Origin: a virus
Lineage: Duplodnaviria; Caudoviricetes
DNA length: 64,000 nucleotides
IMG/VR virus record: IMGVR_UViG_3300010262_000137
Coordinates: 1 to 64,000 of that record
Direction: 5' to 3' (one strand)
Position numbers and translations under genes: made by a program
In this document: positions 51,131 to 59,835 of the stretch, one piece after another
Layout of the letters: the number at the start of each line of letters is the position of its first letter
Numbering within the stretch: the stretch's first letter is position 1
Notes under the pieces: model-generated
The model's database searches: none
Seen by the model: only the letters and a program-made list of their open reading frames with translations
What the model was told of the DNA's origin: nothing

Positions 51131-51640
51131 GTGGTAATGATGGATAGTCAATTAGGATTGTATGAGACTCAGCTTGTCATACAGCAGGAGGTTTATGATA
51201 TGTTACTATATGCCTATCCGTTGTTAGATCATTTTCCAAAGAGTCAAAAATTCTCTTTAGTTCAAGATATCAAAAGAAGTATGGATTTAGTTCTTAAATA
51301 TGCAATTACTGCTAATAAAAAATACAGCAAGACTACAACGCTTGAAAAAATGGATGTAGAACTAGCTGCTTTAAAGGTTTATATAAGATTAGCATTTGAA
51401 TTGCATTTTTTTAAAGGCGAAAAGCACTATATGGAAATGTCTCGAAGATTAGATAAAGTCGGCAAGATGTTAGGTGGCTGGATTAAGGCTGAAAAAGAAA
51501 AATCAGGGAATAAAGCTATTGAAAAAACATATGTTTGCGAGAAATGCGGTGCAAAAATAACTCCTAAATCTTATGAATATTCAATAAGGAATTTTGGTAA
51601 ATCTCTTTGTTATGCATGTCAAAAAAGTCATAAGGATTAG
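51131..51640 (+). CDS. avd: Avd accessory protein with C-terminal zinc-finger extension
   Basis: FPKSQKFSL, LKVYIRLA, VGKMLGGWIK four-helix-bundle motifs; CEKC...CYAC tail. Confidence 0.88.
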   Translation: MVMMDSQLGLYETQLVIQQEVYDMLLYAYPLLDHFPKSQKFSLVQDIKRSMDLVLKYAITANKKYSKTTTLEKMDVELAALKVYIRLAFELHFFKGEKHYMEMSRRLDKVGKMLGGWIKAEKEKSGNKAIEKTYVCEKCGAKITPKSYEYSIRNFGKSLCYACQKSHKD

Positions 51641-51653
51641 ATGAATAGTGAGA

Positions 51654-51719
51654 ACTTTTCGTGTTGGCGTTGGATTCTGTACGCTTTGGCTCTGCTCTCC
51701 GAGAGGTTTTCGCTCCGCT
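51654..51719 (+). repeat. TR-like unit R0 (internally deleted, 66 bp)
   Basis: Keeps CTTTTCGTG 5' and AGGTTTTCGCTCCGCT 3' ends but is 42 bp shorter. Confidence 0.7.
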
Positions 51720-51761
51720 CTATTCTTTTATGCTATTTTGGGATTAGGCTATTAGCGTTTG

Positions 51762-51869
51762 CCTTTTCGTGGTGGCTCTTTCAATAATTCTAGCAATGCA
51801 GGCGTGTTCGCTTTGAATTTGAACAACCCACGCTCCAACACTTGGAACAATCTAGGTTTTCGCTCCGCT
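51762..51869 (+). repeat. template repeat R1
   Basis: 108 bp colinear with VR; 9 AAY codons. Confidence 0.9.
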
Positions 51870-51900
51870 TTATCCTTATGGGATTAGACTATTATGAAGA

Positions 51901-52008
51901 CCTTTTCGTGGTGGCGCTTTTTGGGAGCATTCGAATGCAGGCGTGTTCGAATTGAATCTGAATAACCCACGCTCTTATGCTGACAATGATAGAGGTTTTC
52001 GCTCCGCT
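51901..52008 (+). repeat. template repeat R2
   Basis: 108 bp colinear with VR; 5 AAY codons. Confidence 0.9.
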
Positions 52009-52049
52009 CTAACCCAATAAAGAGTAATGGGATTGGACTATATGAATTG

Positions 52050-52157
52050 CCTTTTCGTGGTGGCAATTGGAATAACGGAAGCAATGCAGGCGTGTTCGCT
52101 GTAAACTTGAATAACCCACGCTCCAATTCCAATCACAATGTAGGTTTTCGCTCCGCT
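52050..52157 (+). repeat. template repeat R3 (most canonical TR, adjacent to the spacer)
   Basis: 108 bp colinear with VR; 10 AAY codons. Confidence 0.92.
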
Positions 52158-52320
52158 CTGCTCTTGCAATTAGGTATATGATGGATACGTCTGTCATTTC
52201 AAATCAAGGGAATAAAGGAGTCTAATTCCATGCTGAACAAGCAAAAAAATATATAAAGATGAAAACCGATTGTAATGTTAAATGAACTCCGTTAAGCATC
52301 TTAAAAATTAGGTGATGATC

Positions 52321-53475
52321 ATGGCGAAAATAAAGAATGTATATGACTATATCGTTAGTGATGAAAACATATACAATGCTTATTTGAACGCTCGCAAAAG
52401 CAAAAGATATAGAAAAGATGTACTCATATTTACTCAAAATCTATAAGCAAATCTAGTTAAGATTCAAAATGAATTAAGAAGCGAAGTTGTTGATTATCCT
52501 AAATATAGAGAGTTCTATATTTACGAACCAAAGTGTCGCTTGATTCTTGCTCAAGACTTTCCTGAAGTGATAAAACAGTGGGCGTTTTATCAAGTTTTAA
52601 GTCCTATGTTTACTAGGATGTACATCAAGGATTCTTATGCATGCATTAAAGGAAAAGGACAAATTGCAGCAATTAAAAGGCTTCATTATTGGCTTAAATT
52701 GGTCAATAGCAAAAGATACAATAAACTGAAAAACGGTTTAGATGTATCTGATTTAAACAAGTGGTATTACTTGAAAATAGACTTTAGCAAATACTTTTAT
52801 AGAGTAGATCATAAAGTCATGATTGATGCATTGAAGAAGAAAATTAAAGATGATCGTGTTGTTAGATGGCTTGAAACACGCATAGAAAGCCCTGATATGC
52901 CTTTTGGATTACCTAAAGGCATGCGTCCTGAAGATGTTGAAATGAGTGAACGTTTATATGATAAAGGAATGCCAGTAGGCGCTTTGGTTTCACAAATGTT
53001 AGCGAATGTTTACAATGATCAGATAGATCAATATGCTAAAAGGACATTAGGAATTAAGTATTATATACGCTATCAGGATGATATTGTGGTGCTTTGCGAT
53101 GATAAGAAACAAATAAAAGAATGGCATCATAAACTAGAGAAGTTCGCAAATGATGTCATGAAAATGGAAATGAACCAAAAGACCTGTATTAGACCAATCA
53201 ATCAAGGGATAGAATTTTGTGGTTTTCGCTTATGGGCTACACATATTAAAATAAGGAAAAGCACTTCCTTGAGAATTAAAAGGAACTTAAAAGGCGTGAT
53301 GAAACGATACAATGAAGGAGATTGTACTTTAGAACACGCTACGCAAGTAGTTAATTCATATTTTGGACTGCTGAAACATTGTAATAGTTATGCATTAAAA
53401 ACTGAAATATTTGGTGATTATGAAAAAGGAATAGATGGTTGGTTTGTACTGACTAGAAATCAAGGTAACGATTAA
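52321..53475 (+). pseudogene. DGR reverse transcriptase with in-frame TAA at codon 42
   Basis: MAKIKNVYDYIVSDENIYNAYLNARKSKRYR...NL*ANL...YEPKCRLI, YLKIDFSKYF, PVGALVSQ, YIRYQDD; stop at 52444-52446. Confidence 0.88.
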
Positions 53476-53565
53476 TTTCGTTACCTTTTAATTATGTTTT
53501 AAAGTTCTTTATTTTTCGACTTTATTTATTTTATATAAAATGTGCGATGAAAGGAGGAATATATA

Positions 53566-53940
53566 ATGGATATTTCAAAAACAACATCATTACTATTATT
53601 ATTAATCGTTTTTGCAGTGTTGATTCAATTTATCGTTGAACGCTTAAAAGCAGTCTTAGGTAATAAGGTAATGAAGTATCTACCAGCGGATGTATTGGCT
53701 GCATTATTAGGTATTTTGTTTGCATTTATGTTTAGCATTGATGTATTCAAATACTTTGATTTGAATGGAACAATTCCATATGTTGGCAATATTATTTCAG
53801 GTTTGATTATTTCAGCTGGAGCACCTGCTATTCATGAGTTTATTGCTAATATTCGTGAACAAAGAAAGTTACTACAAGATTCTATCTCTACTGGAGCGGT
53901 AGAACCATTAAAAAAAGTAGGAGGTAAAGAAAATGAATGA
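53566..53940 (+). CDS. holin-like protein
   Basis: Three TM segments, GLIISAGAPAIHE, directly upstream of the lysin. Confidence 0.7.
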   Translation: MDISKTTSLLLLLIVFAVLIQFIVERLKAVLGNKVMKYLPADVLAALLGILFAFMFSIDVFKYFDLNGTIPYVGNIISGLIISAGAPAIHEFIANIREQRKLLQDSISTGAVEPLKKVGGKENE

Positions 53941-54024
53941 AGATGTAAAAGATATTGTAATTACTTCAGAAATGGAAGAAGAACTTAACACTATGGGAAA
54001 AGGTGAAGAAGGAAGTGATGAATA

Positions 54025-55008
54025 ATGGATTGGAAAAACTTAAATGCCGATGTCAATAAAATCATGAATAAACACTATACTAAGGGGCGTTCAGGACGAA
54101 AAATTGATAAAATAATCATCCATTATAACGCAGGTGATTTAACTGCAGAAGGATGTTATTCTGTATGGCAAAACAGAGCAGCTTCGGCACACTATCAAGT
54201 TGAATCTTCAGGTCGTATTGGACAATTGGTTTGGGATGGTGATACAGCATGGCATGCTGGCAACTGGGATGCCAACTGTTCAAGTATCGGAATTGAACAT
54301 GCAAATAAAGCAGGTGGATATATTAGTGAAGCATGCTTAGATGCAGGAGCTCATTTAGTTGCAGCATTATGTAAGTATTATGGATTGGGACGTCCTAAAT
54401 GGAAGGTAAATGTATTCCCTCATAATCATTTTGCAGCTACATCTTGTCCTGGTCGATTACAGGATGAGCAAAGAGATGCTTATATGCATAAAGCTCAACA
54501 ATGGTATGATCAAATGGTGAATGGGGTTGAAACTCCATCTAAACCAAGCGAACCATCTACAGGTAAAAAAACTAATGAGGAAGTAGCAAAAGAGGTTATT
54601 GCTGGCAAATGGGGTAATGGAAATGAACGTAAGAGCAGTTTGACAAGTGCTGGATACGATTATAATGTTATTCAATCGTTAGTAAATCAAATGTTAGGAA
54701 TTCCAACGTCTGATCCAAAACCAACAAAAACTATTGATCAGTTAGCGGATGAAGTTATTGCTGGCAAATGGGGTAATGGTGAAGAACGTAAAAATCGTTT
54801 AACCAAAGCAGGATACAATTATGATGCAGTTCAAGCGAAAGTTAATCAAAAATTACATGGAGTAAACAGTAACAAGTCCAATGAAACAATCGCTAGAGAA
54901 GTTATTGCTGGCAAATGGGGTAATGGAGCTGAACGTAAGAACCGATTAACAGCTGCAGGATATAACTATGATGCCATACAAAGTATTGTGAATAGTTTGT
55001 GTAAATAA
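54025..55008 (+). CDS. N-acetylmuramoyl-L-alanine amidase with three CW_7 repeats
   Basis: IIHYNAG, SAHY, AWHAG, SIGIE, ATSCPG; three EVIAGKWGNG.ERK..LT.AGY repeats. Confidence 0.92.
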   Translation: MDWKNLNADVNKIMNKHYTKGRSGRKIDKIIIHYNAGDLTAEGCYSVWQNRAASAHYQVESSGRIGQLVWDGDTAWHAGNWDANCSSIGIEHANKAGGYISEACLDAGAHLVAALCKYYGLGRPKWKVNVFPHNHFAATSCPGRLQDEQRDAYMHKAQQWYDQMVNGVETPSKPSEPSTGKKTNEEVAKEVIAGKWGNGNERKSSLTSAGYDYNVIQSLVNQMLGIPTSDPKPTKTIDQLADEVIAGKWGNGEERKNRLTKAGYNYDAVQAKVNQKLHGVNSNKSNETIAREVIAGKWGNGAERKNRLTAAGYNYDAIQSIVNSLCK

Positions 55009-55082
55009 TTTGTAGGATAGTAGGAATGCTATCCTACTCTCCTTTTCATAGCAATGCCCTTTGTTTGAAAGGAGAGATAAAA

Positions 55083-55838
55083 ATGAATAGTTTTATACCA
55101 TGGATTGGTGGTAAAAAGTTACTTAGAAAAGAGATATTAAACAGATTTCCAAAAGAGCAACCATCTCGCTATATCGAAGTGTTTGGAGGTGCAGGGTGGG
55201 TATTATTTGCGAAGGAACAAAATAGTAAGCAATTAGAAGTATTTAACGATCTCAATGGCAATTTAATTAACCTATATAGATGTGTTAAATATCATGCTCA
55301 GGAAGTCCAAAAAGAATGTGAATTCTTATTGAATTCTAGAGAGTTATTCTTTGACTATAAAGAACAAATTGACATTAAAGGTTTGACTGATATACAAAGA
55401 GCAGCTCGTTTCCTATATATTATAAAAGTATCATTTGGAGCAGATGGTAAAACTTATGGCACAAATGCTAAGAATATTTCATATTCAATTAATATGCTTC
55501 CGATGATTAGCGAACGACTTAATAGAGTTGTTATAGAAAATAAAAGCTATGATAACCTCATTAAGGTATATGATAGAGATAATGCTCTATTTTATTTAGA
55601 TCCACCTTATTATAAGACTGAAAAGTATTATGGTAATTTGTTTGCTGAAGATGATCATATTAAATTAAGAGATATTCTAAAGGATATAAAAGGTAAATTC
55701 ATTCTATCTTATAATGATTGTGAATTTATAAGAGAGTTATATTCAGATTTTTATATTGAAGAGGTAGAAAGAAATAACAGTCTTGTAAAAGATGGTAATT
55801 CAAAATATAAAGAATTGATTATAAGAAATTACAAGTAA
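55083..55838 (+). CDS. Dam-like (D12 class) adenine methyltransferase
   Basis: PWIGGK, YIEVFGGAG, FYLDPPYY. Confidence 0.9.
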   Translation: MNSFIPWIGGKKLLRKEILNRFPKEQPSRYIEVFGGAGWVLFAKEQNSKQLEVFNDLNGNLINLYRCVKYHAQEVQKECEFLLNSRELFFDYKEQIDIKGLTDIQRAARFLYIIKVSFGADGKTYGTNAKNISYSINMLPMISERLNRVVIENKSYDNLIKVYDRDNALFYLDPPYYKTEKYYGNLFAEDDHIKLRDILKDIKGKFILSYNDCEFIRELYSDFYIEEVERNNSLVKDGNSKYKELIIRNYK

Positions 55839-55918
55839 AATATCAAAATACGATATAAAATATCAATAATGTTATAGCAATGCTTAGAGTGTTAAAATTC
55901 ACTTAAAGGGGCGTTGCT

Positions 55919-56128
55919 ATGGCGATTAAAATATGCTTGTCTGATATACTAGGAAAGAAGAAAATGACTCAGGCAGAGCTTGCTAGAAAGACGGGTATTC
56001 GACCTAATACAATTAACGAAATTTATTGGGATATGGTTGATAGAATTAGTCTAGAACATATTGAAAAAATATGCTCAGTTTTGAATTGTGAAGTGTGTGA
56101 TTTAATCAAAATAACAAGTATAAAATAA
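55919..56128 (+). CDS. Cro/C1-type HTH protein
   Basis: KMTQAELARKTGIRPNTI...LEHIEKICSVLNC. Confidence 0.85.
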   Translation: MAIKICLSDILGKKKMTQAELARKTGIRPNTINEIYWDMVDRISLEHIEKICSVLNCEVCDLIKITSIK

Positions 56129-56242
56129 GTATTAAAAAAGGACATTTACTTGGCGTTTAAAAGCCTGTTAAAATGTCTTTTTTTAAACCTATTTTTTTTC
56201 ATTTTATTTGCAACATTTTTGCGTTTTGCGTGCAACATTACA

Positions 56243-56247
56243 ATCAA
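56243..56247 (+). repeat. right 5-bp target site duplication (ATCAA)
   Basis: Follows the TTACA phage end. Confidence 0.9.
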
Positions 56248-57162
56248 GAATTAGAAATTCAAAATTTTGAAAAAGAAGATTATATTACTCAATTAGAAAG
56301 TATTAATACAAGTTTGAAGGATAGTGAACTGGAACAAGAGAAAAATACAAAAGAATTAATACGTTTAAATATAGAAAAATATGAATTAGAAAATAAGAAA
56401 TATAATTTTATAAGTTTTGTTACTCAAAGATTTTCTGATATGAATAAAATAAATGAAGTTAATAGTTTAATTGATAATCTTACAAAAGAACAGTTAAAAT
56501 TAAGTCGTGAATATTATGAAATGAGTGAAATAAAGTCAATTATTGAGATGGAAATTGATATTATCAATGACTTGAAAGATAGTATTAAACAACTTAAAGA
56601 TGATAAACCCAAACTTAAATATCGTTATGATTATTTATTAAGGGATCTATTTTGGCATTTCTCAGATGAACCAGAGAATTTTAAAGAATCTGTTTCAAGG
56701 CAGGTCAATGCTAAAGATAACATTAAAAATTTAAAAAATAAGTATGAAAAGATTCTAAGTTACGCTAGTGAACAAAAAAAACAAGATATGTATTTTTCAA
56801 ATATCATAAGCACTTTATGTAATAATGTATGGTATGGTAGAAATCCAACTGAGATTGCATTAACAGACGGAGAGAATTTAATTCATATTGAAGGTTATAC
56901 ATTTGAATACGGTTATGAACAATTTATGCCTACAGTATCAATTTCTTTAAATGAAAAAATGTTGTATAGTAAGAATATTTATAACAAAGGAATGTTTGAT
57001 GATTTAGATAAGGCTATTCAAGAATTAAAGAAGAATATAATTTTTGATAATTTAGTGGTAAAAGAACATCAAGAAGAATTCCACAAAACACAAATATCTA
57101 AAATGGGTTTCAGTGAATCAAATGAGAAAGATGGCATAGAAGATGAATATGAGATGGAGTAA
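56248..57162 (+). pseudogene. 3' part of the interrupted tailed gene (ends EDEYEME)
   Basis: ELEIQNFEKED... continues the frame of 19992-20780. Confidence 0.85.
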
Positions 57163-57208
57163 ATTTCATCATTACGGCAACTTGCCGTAATATGGAGGAG
57201 ATAAAAAA

Positions 57209-57940
57209 TTGAATGAACAGATATCCATATTTGATTATATTGAAGATGATTTATTAAAACCAGATGAAAGATATGTCATAACAAAAGAAGAATTAAATCA
57301 AAAGAAAAGTAATTTTACAATGAAGAAATTAACATACATTTATGTGCTTATTAACAATCCTAGAGAATACTGGTATCGTAACGAAACATTAGCAAGATTA
57401 AATGATCATTACATATATAGTAATGGTTTCATAGAATATTTTGATAAAGAATCATCAGCAACTGCATTTTATAACAAAAGATTAAAAGAACTTGATGATT
57501 TATATATTGAAAATCAGAATATTAAAGAAGAAGATAATTGCAAAAAGAATGATGTTGTTTATTTAGAATATGAAAATAATTTTATTTTTCAGAATAATGT
57601 TTACCTTTCTTCCGAACCGGATGACAAATCATTTGTTCCCTTATGGCATTCTAACTGTATAGGCTATTGGGGATTATATCCTTCATATTATGATAAATTA
57701 TCAACTGATGATAAAGTTATATTTTGCAAGGAACATTTAAATAAAAATTTAAAAGATATTTTAAGAAATATAGAATATAAACCACCTATATATTACATAG
57801 ATTTAAAAAAATATGATATTCTTTTTAAAGAGTTAATGGCTTTAGGATATAAAGATGATGAATTTTATGAAAATCATCTTACCCAAGATTTTATTGATAG
57901 TGAACTAGCTGAAGAACAAGAAGAATTAGAAATGGAATAA
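57209..57940 (+). CDS. hypothetical protein with acidic tail (EQEELEME)
   Basis: GGAGGAG RBS after a palindrome. Confidence 0.65.
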   Translation: MNEQISIFDYIEDDLLKPDERYVITKEELNQKKSNFTMKKLTYIYVLINNPREYWYRNETLARLNDHYIYSNGFIEYFDKESSATAFYNKRLKELDDLYIENQNIKEEDNCKKNDVVYLEYENNFIFQNNVYLSSEPDDKSFVPLWHSNCIGYWGLYPSYYDKLSTDDKVIFCKEHLNKNLKDILRNIEYKPPIYYIDLKKYDILFKELMALGYKDDEFYENHLTQDFIDSELAEEQEELEME

Positions 57941-57976
57941 AGACGGCAACTTGCCGTCTTTTTAGGTGTATAAAAA

Positions 57977-59029
57977 ATGAATAAAACAATACAGATGAAT
58001 TTATTTGATTATTTTATGGATGATCCAAGCTTTACAATTCCGCAGGCAACTGAAGTTATAAAAGAGATTAATGAAATGTCTGTAAACAATGAATCAATAA
58101 GAGCAAGGATTTATGAAGGCGTAGATAAAGGTATATTTGAAAAAATATCAAGAGGTGTTTATAAAGTCTGTTCTCAAATCAATGGAAAGGAAACTTCATG
58201 TCTCTTGATTAATGGTGATGGTAGAGATTTAAGTATGATAGCTGATAATTCTATAGATGGAATTGTTACAGATCATCCATATTCTTTAAAAAAACAACTA
58301 AAGGGAGGTAATAGAAATTTTGCAAAGTATGAACTGTTTAGATATGAAAAAAGAGATTTTAAAGAAAAGATGCGTGTTCTTAAGGATGGTGCATTTCTAG
58401 TTGAATTTCTTCCTGAAGAAAGCGAAATTAACTATGAATATCTTTATGAAATCAAGCAATTAGCCAGAAGTGTCGGATTTACCTATTATTCAAAAGTTTC
58501 TTGGACTAAGGGAACGTTTAAAGCCAATACTGGTAGAAAAACGTCTAACAGTGAAGATGTTCTTATTCTTTCTAAGGGTAAGCCAAGAACATTGAGATTA
58601 TATCAGAAGAAGAACTTACAAATTGCAAGAGATAATGGTCTGAATGTTAAAGGGCTAACTTCTGAAGAAGTCGGAAATATTTTAATGGAAAATGGATTAG
58701 ATGTTTATTATATGTCAGGAACAAACGGAATGCTGCCTACTGAGTTCAATTTTCAGCCACGATCCAAAAATCAAAAGATTATGGAAGCTGAAAAACCAGT
58801 AGAATTATTAGAAGAAATTATAAATTATATTTCTCGACCGTATGAAGTTCTTTTAGATCAATATGGTGGAAGTGGGAATTTTGGTGTTGCATGTCTTAAC
58901 ACTGACAGATACGGAATACTCATTGAAAAAGATAAAGAAATCTATGAAATGATGAAAAGTAATATTGAGATGTCTGTTTCTGACATGATGGAAGAATTTG
59001 AAAACGAAGAAGATTATGAAATGGAATAA
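57977..59029 (+). CDS. N6/N4 DNA methyltransferase-like protein with EEDYEME tail
   Basis: GIVTDHPY (motif IV variant), EKPVELLEE, LLDQYGGSG (motif I variant); beta-type order. Confidence 0.75.
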   Translation: MNKTIQMNLFDYFMDDPSFTIPQATEVIKEINEMSVNNESIRARIYEGVDKGIFEKISRGVYKVCSQINGKETSCLLINGDGRDLSMIADNSIDGIVTDHPYSLKKQLKGGNRNFAKYELFRYEKRDFKEKMRVLKDGAFLVEFLPEESEINYEYLYEIKQLARSVGFTYYSKVSWTKGTFKANTGRKTSNSEDVLILSKGKPRTLRLYQKKNLQIARDNGLNVKGLTSEEVGNILMENGLDVYYMSGTNGMLPTEFNFQPRSKNQKIMEAEKPVELLEEIINYISRPYEVLLDQYGGSGNFGVACLNTDRYGILIEKDKEIYEMMKSNIEMSVSDMMEEFENEEDYEME

Positions 59030-59061
59030 GGACGGCAAGTTGCCGTAATTGGAGGAACGTT

Positions 59062-59445
59062 ATGAAATCAATTGAAAAAGAAACAAAAATAAAATTCTTA
59101 AATCCTGAAAGGATTTTTTTAGAAGATGAAGAATCACATGATATTCATCTTGAAATAGAAATGCGTGAAGGCAAAGATATCTATAACAAGACCGCAATAT
59201 TTATTGCATATGTTGGTGGAGAAGATGAAAATAAAGCTAGATATGCAGTTTTGTCAATCTATGATGTAGAATGTACAACAAAGGAAGTGAAACTAGAACA
59301 TGATGACTTATTAAAGGTTTTTGCTGAAGAAATAAGCAAAGATCTGATTACAAAGATTATTATCACTGATTCTATGTTAGAGAGTAACATGGAAATGTTG
59401 TTTGAAAGCGAAGAAAAAGTGGAAGATGATTTAGAGGTCTGCTAA
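59062..59445 (+). CDS. hypothetical protein with acidic tail
   Basis: GGAGG RBS; ends EEKVEDDLEVC. Confidence 0.6.
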   Translation: MKSIEKETKIKFLNPERIFLEDEESHDIHLEIEMREGKDIYNKTAIFIAYVGGEDENKARYAVLSIYDVECTTKEVKLEHDDLLKVFAEEISKDLITKIIITDSMLESNMEMLFESEEKVEDDLEVC

Positions 59446-59604
59446 TTACGGCAACTTGCCGTAATGATTAGGGAGGAAACAAATGTGTATTTTCCTCAAT
59501 ATATTTATATATTTTATAACAATATAAAAAATAATATTCATTAGTCTAGAAATGAAGAACAAATGTATATAGAATGGTGTTATAAAGAAAAGGAGGTGTT
59601 CATA

Positions 59605-59835
59605 ATGCCATTAGAATTAAATGAAACTGAATTAGAGTTAGAAAAACCTATCCTAGTAGAAAACACAACAAAGGAACAAAGAATTGAAATAGTAAAAAAA
59701 GGTATGGCTTTTGCTAATATTAATTCAAGTAAAGAATTGACTCTTGATATGTATGATGATTATATCGAAGGAAGAAAAGAATTAAGAGAAGTCGTTAATA
59801 CAATCATTGAAGGATTGGTGAACGAAAATGAATAA
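59605..59835 (+). CDS. small putative Fic antitoxin (VbhA-like position)
   Basis: Overlaps the Fic start; MYDDYIEGRKEL helix. Confidence 0.45.
   Translation: MPLELNETELELEKPILVENTTKEQRIEIVKKGMAFANINSSKELTLDMYDDYIEGRKELREVVNTIIEGLVNENE

Larger units (their letters stand above)
20781..56242 (+). mobile_element. Mu-like transposable prophage (35,462 bp), contractile tail, carrying a DGR
   Basis: TGTAA...TTACA termini, 5-bp TSD, DDE transposase plus MuB-like ATPase, GemA, Mor, DUF3486, head, tail and lysis modules. Confidence 0.95.

Noticed and set aside
51762-52008. R1 and R2 as adenine-mutagenised cDNA copies of R3
   Set aside because: Many differences are at non-adenine positions of R3 (for example TGG to TTC, GGA to TCT or CAT)
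51654-52157. Repeat array as a CRISPR array
   Set aside because: Units are 108-bp codon-preserving homologues of the target gene end, flanked by avd and an RT; there are no short repeats with unique spacers and no cas genes
50789-52197. Minus-strand ORFs 50789-51052, 51884-52132 and 52009-52197
   Set aside because: Antisense shadows of the VR/TR repeats with no RBS or recognisable domain
52321-53475. RT as a group II intron or retron
   Set aside because: Too short for a maturase/endonuclease, no intron domain V or msr/msd seen; it has the GxxxSQ motif and avd/TR/VR context of a DGR
54590-54990. Nucleotide repeats in the endolysin as a second DGR target or invertible region
   Set aside because: They are ordinary CW_7 cell-wall-binding repeats with no similarity to the TR units
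56173-56247. N-terminus of the 329-aa ORF 56173-57162 as a real gene start
   Set aside because: These codons are the phage right end plus the TSD; the true 5' half is at 19992-20780
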